Shown here piece after piece: positions 8,744 to 17,094 of a stretch of DNA of 42,469 nucleotides (position 1 is the stretch's first letter; every line of letters starts with the position of its first letter). The stretch is from Prolixibacteraceae bacterium (lineage in GTDB: Bacteria; Bacteroidota; Bacteroidia; Bacteroidales; Prolixibacteraceae), in NCBI GenBank assembly GCA_016930735.1, contig JAFGGF010000109.1:1-42469 (forward strand), given 5' to 3'. The translations under genes and the position numbers were made by a program. A model generated the notes under the pieces. The model had not been told where the DNA came from, ran no database searches, and was given only the letters and a program-made list of their open reading frames with translations.

Positions 8744-9868
8744 TCACTTTTTCAGTTTCACCAATGCATCATAGCAGAGTTTGGGTTTATGCTCCCTGTC
8801 GAAAAGAAGCGGATAATCGGTCCGTCCTCTCATTGGAAAATTATTTTTCCACGACATATCATCACTTATCCCCCAGAAAGTTACCCGTTCCACACTTTCT
8901 TTATATTTCAGAAGTACTTTAAATAAATCGACATACCTTTTAGCCAGTTGTTTTGCTACTTTTTTCGGCATACCATCTTTATATGGATTTAAAGATTCTG
9001 CATATTCCCTGTTTGTTGAAATTTCTGCAGTTCTTCCCCAGTCGTATGGAAGAACAGAAATATCCAATTCCGTAACATGAACTTTCATACCTTCATCGGC
9101 ATAAGCTTTAACGCTGGCTTCGAACTCACTCATTTCCGGATTATCGAGTGCAATATGCCCCTGCAATCCAATTCCATGGATAGGAACGCCTCTCTTTTTA
9201 AAATCGCGGATCATTTCAACTACCTGATCCCTTTTCCCTTTCTGATCCATGTTGTAATCGTTATAAATCAAATGTGCATCTGGATCAGCTTCATGAGCCA
9301 GGTGGAAAGCACGTTCCACAAATTCTTTACCGATAATTCGTGTCCATGGAGAATTTCTCCATGCTTTTTCCTCGATGGCCTCATTCACTACATCCCAGGC
9401 CTGTACCTTTCCTTTATACCTTCCAACAAGGGTTCCTATATGATTTTCCATCCTTTTCAGCAATCCTTCCTTGCTGATTTCATTGCCGTCGGCATCCCTG
9501 AAAATACTTCTTGGAACCTGACTGTGCCAAACAAGGCAATGCCCCAACATATACATGTTGTTTTCCAATCCGAACTCGACAAATTTATCCGGAATATCAA
9601 ATCTCCATGTATCGTCATCAGGTTGTATACTCGACCATTTGAATTCATTTTCAGCAGTTATGGAATTAAATTCCCTTTTTACTAATTCCAATAGTTCACC
9701 GCCATTATTCAGAAGTCGTCCGCTAATTGCAGTTCCGATATAAAAATCGTCTTTGTAATATTCTGCTATTCCCATTTCTTTTACTGCTGCAGCAAATGCC
9801 TGTGTTTTTAATGCTGTAATTCCTGCCACTGCCAATGATGTTGTTCCGATAAAATTTCTACGATTCAT
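8744..9868 (-). CDS. Glycoside hydrolase family 10 endo-1,4-beta-xylanase, exported
   Basis: GH10 catalytic Glu motifs WDVVNEA (acid/base) and HVTELDIS (nucleophile). The N-terminus MNRRNFIGTTSLAVAGITALK is twin-arginine-like. Confidence 0.88.
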   Translation of the reverse strand: MNRRNFIGTTSLAVAGITALKTQAFAAAVKEMGIAEYYKDDFYIGTAISGRLLNNGGELLELVKREFNSITAENEFKWSSIQPDDDTWRFDIPDKFVEFGLENNMYMLGHCLVWHSQVPRSIFRDADGNEISKEGLLKRMENHIGTLVGRYKGKVQAWDVVNEAIEEKAWRNSPWTRIIGKEFVERAFHLAHEADPDAHLIYNDYNMDQKGKRDQVVEMIRDFKKRGVPIHGIGLQGHIALDNPEMSEFEASVKAYADEGMKVHVTELDISVLPYDWGRTAEISTNREYAESLNPYKDGMPKKVAKQLAKRYVDLFKVLLKYKESVERVTFWGISDDMSWKNNFPMRGRTDYPLLFDREHKPKLCYDALVKLKK

Positions 9869-10003
9869 AATTTACTGGTTTACTGGTTTTAGATTATTAT
9901 TATTATTAAAGAAGTTGTATTTATGCAAAATTGTTTAGTAGCTATTTTGCTAACCTTTGACAACTTCATAATTAAAAGGTGTAATATACTTATTTTTTAT
10001 AAT

Positions 10004-10747
10004 TCATTTTAACATATATGATTTCAAATTGAATAGTTCCAGTATAAACACCTTATCAAAATCCGACAAAAACTTATTTTTCCTCAGGATATTGGATATA
10101 TTAACCGGCTTCTGCTGACAAAGGTGGTCGGTTGTAATTAACAGCCAGTATTGGCTAAGATGCTTTCTCTCATATAATTTCAATTTATCATCTTTTTTAT
10201 TTATTGAATGTTGAATATCTTCCGGTAAGTTGGATGAAATTCCCAGATTGTTCGACCGTTCCCAAACCGAATAGTTTAATCCGGGATGTGCAAATACCAG
10301 CAATGACCGTATTCCATCTGGAAGTTCCTTTGTAATTATTAATTGTCCAGGTTTTCCTTTTTTAAATATAACTGTAGCGTCAATAATTAAACGTGAAATC
10401 CTTACAGATAAGGAAAGTATCCTTTCCAAAGTTACCGGTATTGATTCATCAAACTGTATTTTAACAAAACAATTTAATGAGCTTTTCCCTTCAAACTGTT
10501 CACGGATTTTATCAATCAACTCATCCTGAATTTCATATTGTTTTATTCTTCCCTGATCTGAAACCACCTGACTTTCAGGATACAAACGGGTTAATTCTAT
10601 TCCAACAGAAAATTTAACCGACCTTTCAACAATAAAATCGGGCGATTCTGATTCAATTATTTTACCTTTTGGAAAATCGGGATAATTTTCCTTAAAAAGG
10701 TCAATAAGTAATCTTTCCAGTTGTTTCTTCTGTTGATGCTGATCCAT
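10004..10747 (-). CDS. Hypothetical protein; N-terminus weakly resembles a PD-(D/E)xK / Hjc-like nuclease core
   Basis: 247-aa ORF, 56 nt downstream of the MutS-like gene on the same strand. The pattern LERLLIDLF ... ESPDFIVERSVKFSVGIELTR resembles E...PD...(D/E)xK, but Thr replaces Lys. I recognised no other family motif. Confidence 0.55.
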   Translation of the reverse strand: MDQHQQKKQLERLLIDLFKENYPDFPKGKIIESESPDFIVERSVKFSVGIELTRLYPESQVVSDQGRIKQYEIQDELIDKIREQFEGKSSLNCFVKIQFDESIPVTLERILSLSVRISRLIIDATVIFKKGKPGQLIITKELPDGIRSLLVFAHPGLNYSVWERSNNLGISSNLPEDIQHSINKKDDKLKLYERKHLSQYWLLITTDHLCQQKPVNISNILRKNKFLSDFDKVFILELFNLKSYMLK

Positions 10748-10803
10748 ACAAATTACTGATAGACTGAATGAGTGATTTACTGAAACGTTTAGTCATTCAA
10801 TCA

Positions 10804-12594
10804 TTAAATTATTCCCATTTTCTTCATCAGGAATGTTGCGTTCATGGTATTAGTAACTCCATCCGAAAGCTTATAATCGAATATTAATTCATCATCGATT
10901 ATTTTAATTTCAAAACATTTATTGCTTACATTTCCGGGTAATTCTTTTTCCATTTCGCTTAATTTCAGGTCGTGTGTTGCAATCAGTGCAACGGCTTTGA
11001 ATTGTATCAGTTTCCTGATCAGTTCCCTTGACCCGTTTAATTTATCGATCGAATTGGTACCTTTTAACATTTCATCAAGGATCACAAAAAGCTCCCTGCC
11101 TCTTTTCAGATCTTCCAGAATAAAACCCAACCTTTTTAATTCAGCATAAAAATACGATTCGTCATTAAACAACGAATCGGTTGTCCGCATATTGGTAAAA
11201 AGCTCAACAGGTTTAAAAAGAAACTCGCTGGCGCAAACCGGTGCTCCCAGTCGGGCCAGGATAAGGTTCACTCCCACAGCCCTTAAAAACGTACTTTTCC
11301 CGGCCATATTTGCACCGGTAACTATGATTGCTTTTGACCATCCATCAATCTGAAAATCACTGCAAACTCTTTTTTCGGGATGCAGAAGGGGATGCCCCAG
11401 ATTTGAAGCTTTAAAACCAAATTCGCCTTCAACAGGAATTGGATATTTATACTCAGGATGGTTGTCGGCAAAATTAGCAAGGCTGATTAAGGCATCCAGA
11501 TTTTCAATTACCTCAAGCCATTCCGGAAGTTTCACATGATTTTTTTTATGCCATTTCTGCAAGTGAAAAACACACCTGACATCCCATAAAAAAAACGAGT
11601 TTAAAATAAATCCAACCAAAATATTCTGGCGGTATTCAAATTCGCGAACCAGTTTTCCCAGTGTGCCGATAATAATTTCTGCCGGTTCAGGCTTTGATAT
11701 AATTTCCTGTTTTTGAATCAGCCAAGATGACTTAAATCCGGATTCAGAGATTTTTTTCAACAGCAAAACATATTTTTCAATTAGCTGTGCTTTTTGCCCG
11801 AAAAACCGGAAATACTCCTTTATCCGTTTTCGGTAGAAATACATAAAAAGCCACTGGATTCCAACACACAGATAAAGTGGCACAAACCGGTTTATCCAAA
11901 CGGCTGGCACCAACATTAAAATAGTTAAAACAGGTAAAACTAATTTTAACCATTTAATCAGGTTATAATTCTTAAAAATGAGGCTTTTTTTACTCCAGCC
12001 AACTACTTCATCGTGTTGAGAAACAGATTCGTCAAACACTCTGCCGTCAGCCAGAAAATCGAGCCTCCAGTCACGGCAAACAGCAATTTCCTTTACAGCT
12101 TCTTGTCTGTCAATTATTTCTTTTTCCTCCAAAAATGGCTTTTGTATCCATTTTGCCAGCACTCTTTTCCCACTTATGGTTGATGTACGGTTCAGGTACT
12201 GAAAAAGTGATCCCTCACCAAAAACATCCAGATCGTATGAATAATGATGTGACGGATCTTTAAATTCTTCCCCATTTTCAAATTGTGTGAATTGATGTGA
12301 CAATGCCTGAATTTCGTTCTTACAGATTTGAATCAGGACCTTGGTTTTTTTCCTTTCTTTATTTAAAAGAATATGTTTTTTAACCAGAAAAAGAAAAACA
12401 ATTAGTGAGGCGACTGTCGGCAAAACTCCCGACAAAAGCGAAAATCCGGTAAGATAAATCAAAAAAAACGGAATTGTTATAAACGATAAAAACCTAAAAA
12501 GAGAAATGAGCCGGATGCTTTTATCCAGATTCTCTTTTTTAAGTGTAAATTCTTGCTTTTTGTCCTTATAAAATTGTTGAATTCCGGTTTTCAT
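10804..12594 (-). CDS. Membrane-anchored MutS-related ATPase (MutS domain V only, no mismatch-recognition domain)
   Basis: Walker A VTGANMAGKSTFLRAVG, Walker B FVILDEMLKGTN, and the IATHD motif typical of MutS ABC-type ATPases. The N-terminal ~260 aa contain about 4 hydrophobic helices (FLSFITIPFFLIYLTGFSLL, VASLIVFLFLV, LVLPVLTILMLVPAVW, LYLCVGIQWLFMYF). The start codon directly abuts the PAP2 stop. Confidence 0.8.
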   Translation of the reverse strand: MKTGIQQFYKDKKQEFTLKKENLDKSIRLISLFRFLSFITIPFFLIYLTGFSLLSGVLPTVASLIVFLFLVKKHILLNKERKKTKVLIQICKNEIQALSHQFTQFENGEEFKDPSHHYSYDLDVFGEGSLFQYLNRTSTISGKRVLAKWIQKPFLEEKEIIDRQEAVKEIAVCRDWRLDFLADGRVFDESVSQHDEVVGWSKKSLIFKNYNLIKWLKLVLPVLTILMLVPAVWINRFVPLYLCVGIQWLFMYFYRKRIKEYFRFFGQKAQLIEKYVLLLKKISESGFKSSWLIQKQEIISKPEPAEIIIGTLGKLVREFEYRQNILVGFILNSFFLWDVRCVFHLQKWHKKNHVKLPEWLEVIENLDALISLANFADNHPEYKYPIPVEGEFGFKASNLGHPLLHPEKRVCSDFQIDGWSKAIIVTGANMAGKSTFLRAVGVNLILARLGAPVCASEFLFKPVELFTNMRTTDSLFNDESYFYAELKRLGFILEDLKRGRELFVILDEMLKGTNSIDKLNGSRELIRKLIQFKAVALIATHDLKLSEMEKELPGNVSNKCFEIKIIDDELIFDYKLSDGVTNTMNATFLMKKMGII

Positions 12595-13287
12595 TTACAG
12601 ATACTGATAATGGTATAAATGTCTTGTTAGTATCAGCATGGTTCCTGTAATTACGATAAAAATCAGGAAAACAACAGCAGCACCACCGTTTGAAAGATTT
12701 GTTTTTCTGAAATTTGGAGGCCGGGTAACAAAAAAATGGTCTTCAATAAACATGACAATCCTGTAAAAAAGCCAGCCGAGAAAAATCCCGAAAATCATTC
12801 CTGCGATAATATCCAGCGGGTAATGTTGTCCCAGGTAGATCCTGGAATAACACACAAGCAAAGCCCATAAAATCAATGAATATTTATAAATCCGGTTTTT
12901 GAAAAACCAGGATGTAAAAGCAACCATAAAAAAAGTATTTGAAGCATGAGAAGAGAAGAATCCATAAAATCCTCCCTTCCTGAAATAATTGTGAACCATG
13001 TGCTGAATATCGGGTTCATAAACCGGACGCCATCGCTGCACAATTTCTTTAATTATCCCTGAAAGCTGGTCGCTTAGAACAACTCCAATCAGTAAAAAAA
13101 TAAGGATAATAAATCCTTTGTTACGATAGGTTTTAAATAAATAAAAAACAACAATTAGGTAAAGAGGAAGCCAGGATTCTTTTCGTGTGACAAAAAAATA
13201 GAAAGTATCGCGGAAATCATTATAAAAGCCATTCAGGAATAAAAACAATTCCTTGTCAATATTGATTATTCCATTTAACCACTCCAT
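12595..13287 (-). CDS. PAP2-family membrane phosphatase (undecaprenyl-diphosphate / lipid phosphatase type)
   Basis: The three PAP2 motifs are present: KEIVQRWRP (KxxxxxxRP), FSSHASN (SxH) and SRIYLGQHYPLD (SRxxxxxHxxxD). Multiple TM helices. Confidence 0.85.
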   Translation of the reverse strand: MEWLNGIINIDKELFLFLNGFYNDFRDTFYFFVTRKESWLPLYLIVVFYLFKTYRNKGFIILIFLLIGVVLSDQLSGIIKEIVQRWRPVYEPDIQHMVHNYFRKGGFYGFFSSHASNTFFMVAFTSWFFKNRIYKYSLILWALLVCYSRIYLGQHYPLDIIAGMIFGIFLGWLFYRIVMFIEDHFFVTRPPNFRKTNLSNGGAAVVFLIFIVITGTMLILTRHLYHYQYL

Positions 13288-13290
13288 TTT

Positions 13291-14280
13291 TCAGTTGTTC
13301 AGAATTTCCCAAATTTTATCCTTTAATTTCTGAATATTTAATCCGGTTACCGAAGATATAAATATATGGGGAACATCGGTAAATTCATTACTGATTTCAT
13401 TCATTAATTCTTCATCGAGCATGTCTGATTTACTGATAACCAGAAATCGCTCCTTGTCAAGTAATTCAGGATTGTATTTCTCAAGTTCATTCATTAGTAT
13501 AAAATATTCCTTTCTATGGTCTTTGCTGTCGGCAGGAACCATAAAAAGCAACATTGAATTTCGTTCGATATGACGAAGGAAACGGATCCCGAGGCCTTTC
13601 CCCAGATGGGCACCTTCAATAATTCCGGGAATATCGGCCATCACAAATGAATTCTCGCCCCGGTAGTTGACCATTCCAAGGTTAGGAACAAGAGTTGTAA
13701 AATGGTACTCAGCTATTTTAGGTTTTGCAGCTGATACTACCGACAATAAAGTAGATTTTCCTGCACTGGGATGCCCAACCAATCCAACATCGGCCAGGAT
13801 TTTGAGTTCGAGGATAAACCATCCTTCCTGCCCTTCTTCTCCCGGTTGTGCGAAGCGGGGTGTCTGGTTTGTGGCCGATTTGAAATGGACATTCCCCTGC
13901 CCTCCCCGGCCACCTTTTACAAGTACCGCTGATTCATTTTCATGTGTAATCTCAAAAATAAAATCTCCGGTTTCAGCATCGCGTGCAACAGTTCCCAGGG
14001 GGACTTCAATTATAATATCTTCACCGTCGGCGCCGGTACTCTGTTGTTTTCCTCCGGCTTCACCATGTCCTGCCTTAAAATGCCGCTGATATTTTAAATG
14101 CAGCAAGGTCCATTTTTGAGCATTCCCTTTCAGGATTATATGCCCGCCACGGCCACCGTCGCCCCCATCAGGCCCCCCTTTGGGCTCAAATTTTTCACGA
14201 CGAAGATGGGCTGAGCCTGCGCCCCCGTTTCCGGAAGCACAAAATATTTTTACGTAATCAACAAAATTCCCCTCAGCCAT
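13291..14280 (-). CDS. obg: GTPase Obg/CgtA
   Basis: [41 protein letters not shown] is the Obg fold glycine-rich N-domain. G1 motif [10 protein letters not shown]3 motif DIPG, G4-like motif SKSD. Confidence 0.95.
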   Translation of the reverse strand: MAEGNFVDYVKIFCASGNGGAGSAHLRREKFEPKGGPDGGDGGRGGHIILKGNAQKWTLLHLKYQRHFKAGHGEAGGKQQSTGADGEDIIIEVPLGTVARDAETGDFIFEITHENESAVLVKGGRGGQGNVHFKSATNQTPRFAQPGEEGQEGWFILELKILADVGLVGHPSAGKSTLLSVVSAAKPKIAEYHFTTLVPNLGMVNYRGENSFVMADIPGIIEGAHLGKGLGIRFLRHIERNSMLLFMVPADSKDHRKEYFILMNELEKYNPELLDKERFLVISKSDMLDEELMNEISNEFTDVPHIFISSVTGLNIQKLKDKIWEILNN

Positions 14281-14321
14281 TCTTCGTGTTTTAATATATA
14301 CAACTATCAGGTGAAGAAAAA

Positions 14322-14382
14322 TGTCATACTGAGCTTGTCGAAGTATTTAATGATCAGTCTTCGACAAGGCTCAGACTGACAG
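14322..14382. repeat. Palindromic intergenic element, copy 2 (TGTCATaCTGAGCtTGTCGAAGta ... TCTTCGACAAgGCTCAGacTGACAG)
   Basis: About 20 of 24 arm positions pair, around a ~12-nt loop. It lies between the adk stop (14423) and the obg start (14280). The arms are homologous to 7673..7743. Confidence 0.8.
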
Positions 14383-14422
14383 TTATTCATGATAAAAATT
14401 AAATAGCATAACAAGTAATAAT

Positions 14423-14995
14423 TTATAAACTATCAACTACTGCTTTCAGCCGTCCTGCTATATCTTCAATAGTACCCATTCCCTGAATACCATGGTGTTT
14501 ATTTTGCCCTTTATAATAATTGATCAGAGGTGAGGTTTTTTCATGGTATGTTTTGATACGGTTCTCAATGACTGATTCATCCTGATCATCAGCACGCCCT
14601 GAATCTTTCCCGCGATTTAACAATCTCTTAATCAATTCTTCTTTTTCAACTTCAAGGCTTAACATTCCGGAAATAGGGATATTGTTTTCATTCAGTACCT
14701 CATCCAGTGCTTCGGCCTGATCCACTGTGCGCGGGAAACCATCGAAAATAAATCCCTTGGCATCGGTAACAGAAGCAATTTTATTTTTGATCATTCCGAT
14801 AACAACTGCATCGGGAACCAATTCGCCTTTTTCCATAAATTTTTTTGCTTCAAGCCCGAGTTCGGTTTCGGCAGCCAGTTCACTGCGTAATAAGTCGCCG
14901 GTTGATAAATGAACAAGGTCGTATGATTTTACCAAGAATTCTGCTTGTGTCCCTTTTCCCGCTCCAGGAGGGCCAAATAGTACTAAGTTTAGCAT
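14423..14995 (-). CDS. adk: Adenylate kinase (short lid type)
   Basis: P-loop LFGPPGAGKGTQA, STGDLLR, GFIFDGFPRT, and a typical length of 190 aa. Confidence 0.95.
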   Translation of the reverse strand: MLNLVLFGPPGAGKGTQAEFLVKSYDLVHLSTGDLLRSELAAETELGLEAKKFMEKGELVPDAVVIGMIKNKIASVTDAKGFIFDGFPRTVDQAEALDEVLNENNIPISGMLSLEVEKEELIKRLLNRGKDSGRADDQDESVIENRIKTYHEKTSPLINYYKGQNKHHGIQGMGTIEDIAGRLKAVVDSL

Positions 14996-15008
14996 AATGA
15001 TTGATTTT

Positions 15009-15548
15009 TTAATTTATAACTTTATATATATCGATCAGGTTCCTTCCCTGCCCGTTGTAATCAAGCCCGTACCCGACAATAAAATCATTTGGTATTTCCA
15101 GCCCCACGTAATCAAGCTGAACTTCTTTTTGTAAAGCATCGGGTTTTAAAAGCAAAGTTGAAATAATAATTTCTTTTGGCTCCAGCCCGTTTAACTGATT
15201 CAGGATATTATCAATGGTGATACCTGTATCAACAATGTCTTCAAGAATTACAACAGTCCTGCCTTTGATATCTTCATTCAGACCTATCAGTTGTTTTACT
15301 TTTCCTGTAGTTTTATCTCCCTCGTACGAAGCCAGTTTTACAAAAGTAATTTCGGAATCAAAAATGGCTATCCGTTTATAAAGTTCGGCAGCAAACATAA
15401 ACGAACCGTTCAGAATACAAACAAACAAAGGATGTTTCCCCTGAAGATCATCATTCATACTATCTGCAATTTTTTCAACTGCCGACCGGATTCTTTCATA
15501 AGGTATAAAAACCTCAAACTCCCTGTCCTGAATTATTATTTTTTTCAT
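15009..15548 (-). CDS. hpt: Hypoxanthine(-guanine) phosphoribosyltransferase
   Basis: PRPP-binding motif VVILEDIVDTGIT and the C-terminal FIVGYGLDY motif. 179 aa. Confidence 0.9.
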   Translation of the reverse strand: MKKIIIQDREFEVFIPYERIRSAVEKIADSMNDDLQGKHPLFVCILNGSFMFAAELYKRIAIFDSEITFVKLASYEGDKTTGKVKQLIGLNEDIKGRTVVILEDIVDTGITIDNILNQLNGLEPKEIIISTLLLKPDALQKEVQLDYVGLEIPNDFIVGYGLDYNGQGRNLIDIYKVIN

Positions 15549-15671
15549 ACGGAATATTAAAGCCGGGCTTTCGATTTTTATTACTTTTGAAATAAGTGTA
15601 TTTTCGCCCTTGTTAAATGGCTACAAAATAACAAAACAATTTTGTCAGAAAAAATATAAGCATATAAAAAG

Positions 15672-16178
15672 ATGGAACCTAAAGTAAGTATTATCATGGG
15701 CAGCACTTCCGACCTGGAAGTTATGGATAAAGCAGCCAAACTGCTGGATGAATTTGAGATACCGTTTGAGATGAATGCCCTCTCAGCACACCGTACTCCG
15801 GATGAGGTTGAAAAGTTTGCCAAAACTGCAAAAGACAGGGGAATACAAGTTATCATTGCCGGTGCCGGCATGGCAGCTCATTTGCCGGGTGTGATCGCAG
15901 CAATGACACCACTCCCGGTAATTGGCGTACCCATTAAAGCTTCTCTGGAAGGACTGGATTCAATCCTTGCCATTTTACAAATGCCTCCCGGAATCCCGGT
16001 AGCAACAGTAGCTTTGAATGGTGCCCAGAATGCGGGGATACTGGCTGTTCAGATGATGGCAACAGGCAATAAAGAATTAATGAAAAAACTCATTCAGTAT
16101 AAGGAAGACCTGAAACAAAAAATTGTTAATGCCAATAAAGACCTTTCAGAAATAAAATATAAGTTTAAAACAAACTGA
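15672..16178 (+). CDS. purE: 5-(carboxyamino)imidazole ribonucleotide mutase
   Basis: VSIIMGSTSDLEVM, SAHRTPD, IIAGAGMAAHLPGV and GVPI motifs. 168 aa. Confidence 0.93.
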   Translation: MEPKVSIIMGSTSDLEVMDKAAKLLDEFEIPFEMNALSAHRTPDEVEKFAKTAKDRGIQVIIAGAGMAAHLPGVIAAMTPLPVIGVPIKASLEGLDSILAILQMPPGIPVATVALNGAQNAGILAVQMMATGNKELMKKLIQYKEDLKQKIVNANKDLSEIKYKFKTN

Positions 16179-16278
16179 TTATTTGAAAGTAATTGGAAAT
16201 CATTTTATTTTTTGTTTCTTATTTTTTTCGTAATTTGCAGAAACGGTTCAATTTCTCAAACAGCCGTTTTTTCAGGTT

Positions 16279-17094
16279 ATGAATAAATTTGGAACCCTGT
16301 TTATAGTTATTCTATTCTCTTTCAGTGTATTGGCTATTGAAAATCCCAAAGGAGGAGCCAGGTCTTTGGCAATGTCAAATGCGTTTATTTCAATTACTGA
16401 TATTTGGGGGACTTTTCATAATCAGGCCGGAATAGCTGAATTACAAAATATTTCTGTATCGGTTTATTACACTTCAAAATTTAATTTAAAGGAGTTATCG
16501 CAGATTTCAGGAACCGCTGTGCTTCCAACCAAATCAGGAAACTTTGGCTTTTGTTTTTCGCAATTTGGTACAGGGCAGTTTAAGGAAACAAAACTGGGTT
16601 TGGCTTTTTCAAAACAATTGGGAGAAAAAATATTCACAGGAATCCAGATCGACTACCTTTCGTCTCTTTTCCCAGAAAACAGCAGAGCAAGGGGCGTGCC
16701 TACGTTTGAAGGAGGATTGATTTATAAAATCAATGAAAAATGGAGATTGGGAGCCCATATTTTTAATCCGTTGCATGTAAAATTCAAATCTTTTTCAGGA
16801 GAAGAAAAAATGCCGTTTATTATTCGGGCAGGTTCATCTTTTAATATTTCAGAAACTTTCCTTTTCAGTGCAGAGATTGAAAAAGTTACGGAACTAAAGG
16901 TTCTTATAAAATCGGGAGCCGAATTTTTTGTTGCTGAAAACTTTGTACTTCGTTTTGGAGTATCAGGGGAGCCATTTGCCTACACTTCCGGGATTGGTTA
17001 TACTTTTGGGAAAATTACCACCGATATTGCATTTCATTATCACGGGAACCTTGGATTAACACCAGCCATTTCAATACAGTTTAACCTGAAATGA
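16279..17094 (+). CDS. Outer-membrane beta-barrel protein (PorV/UPF0164-like N-terminal motif), function unknown
   Basis: Signal peptide MNKFGTLFIVILFSFSVLA. GGARSLAMSNAFISITD...HNQAGIA resembles the motif seen in PorV/PorQ-type barrels. The rest alternates hydrophobic and polar residues like beta strands. It overlaps the next gene by 4 nt (ATGA). Confidence 0.55.
   Translation: MNKFGTLFIVILFSFSVLAIENPKGGARSLAMSNAFISITDIWGTFHNQAGIAELQNISVSVYYTSKFNLKELSQISGTAVLPTKSGNFGFCFSQFGTGQFKETKLGLAFSKQLGEKIFTGIQIDYLSSLFPENSRARGVPTFEGGLIYKINEKWRLGAHIFNPLHVKFKSFSGEEKMPFIIRAGSSFNISETFLFSAEIEKVTELKVLIKSGAEFFVAENFVLRFGVSGEPFAYTSGIGYTFGKITTDIAFHYHGNLGLTPAISIQFNLK

Noticed and set aside
9077-9685. 202-aa plus-strand ORF antisense to the GH10 xylanase gene
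   Set aside because: It overlaps a CDS with clear catalytic motifs entirely. Its translation is Phe/Ile/Ser-rich with no recognisable domain, which is typical of an antisense shadow ORF. The same reasoning applies to 4295..4792, 5891..6262, 13667..14089, 24442..24807, 30958..31272, 31760..32062, 35520..35972 and 15581..15871.
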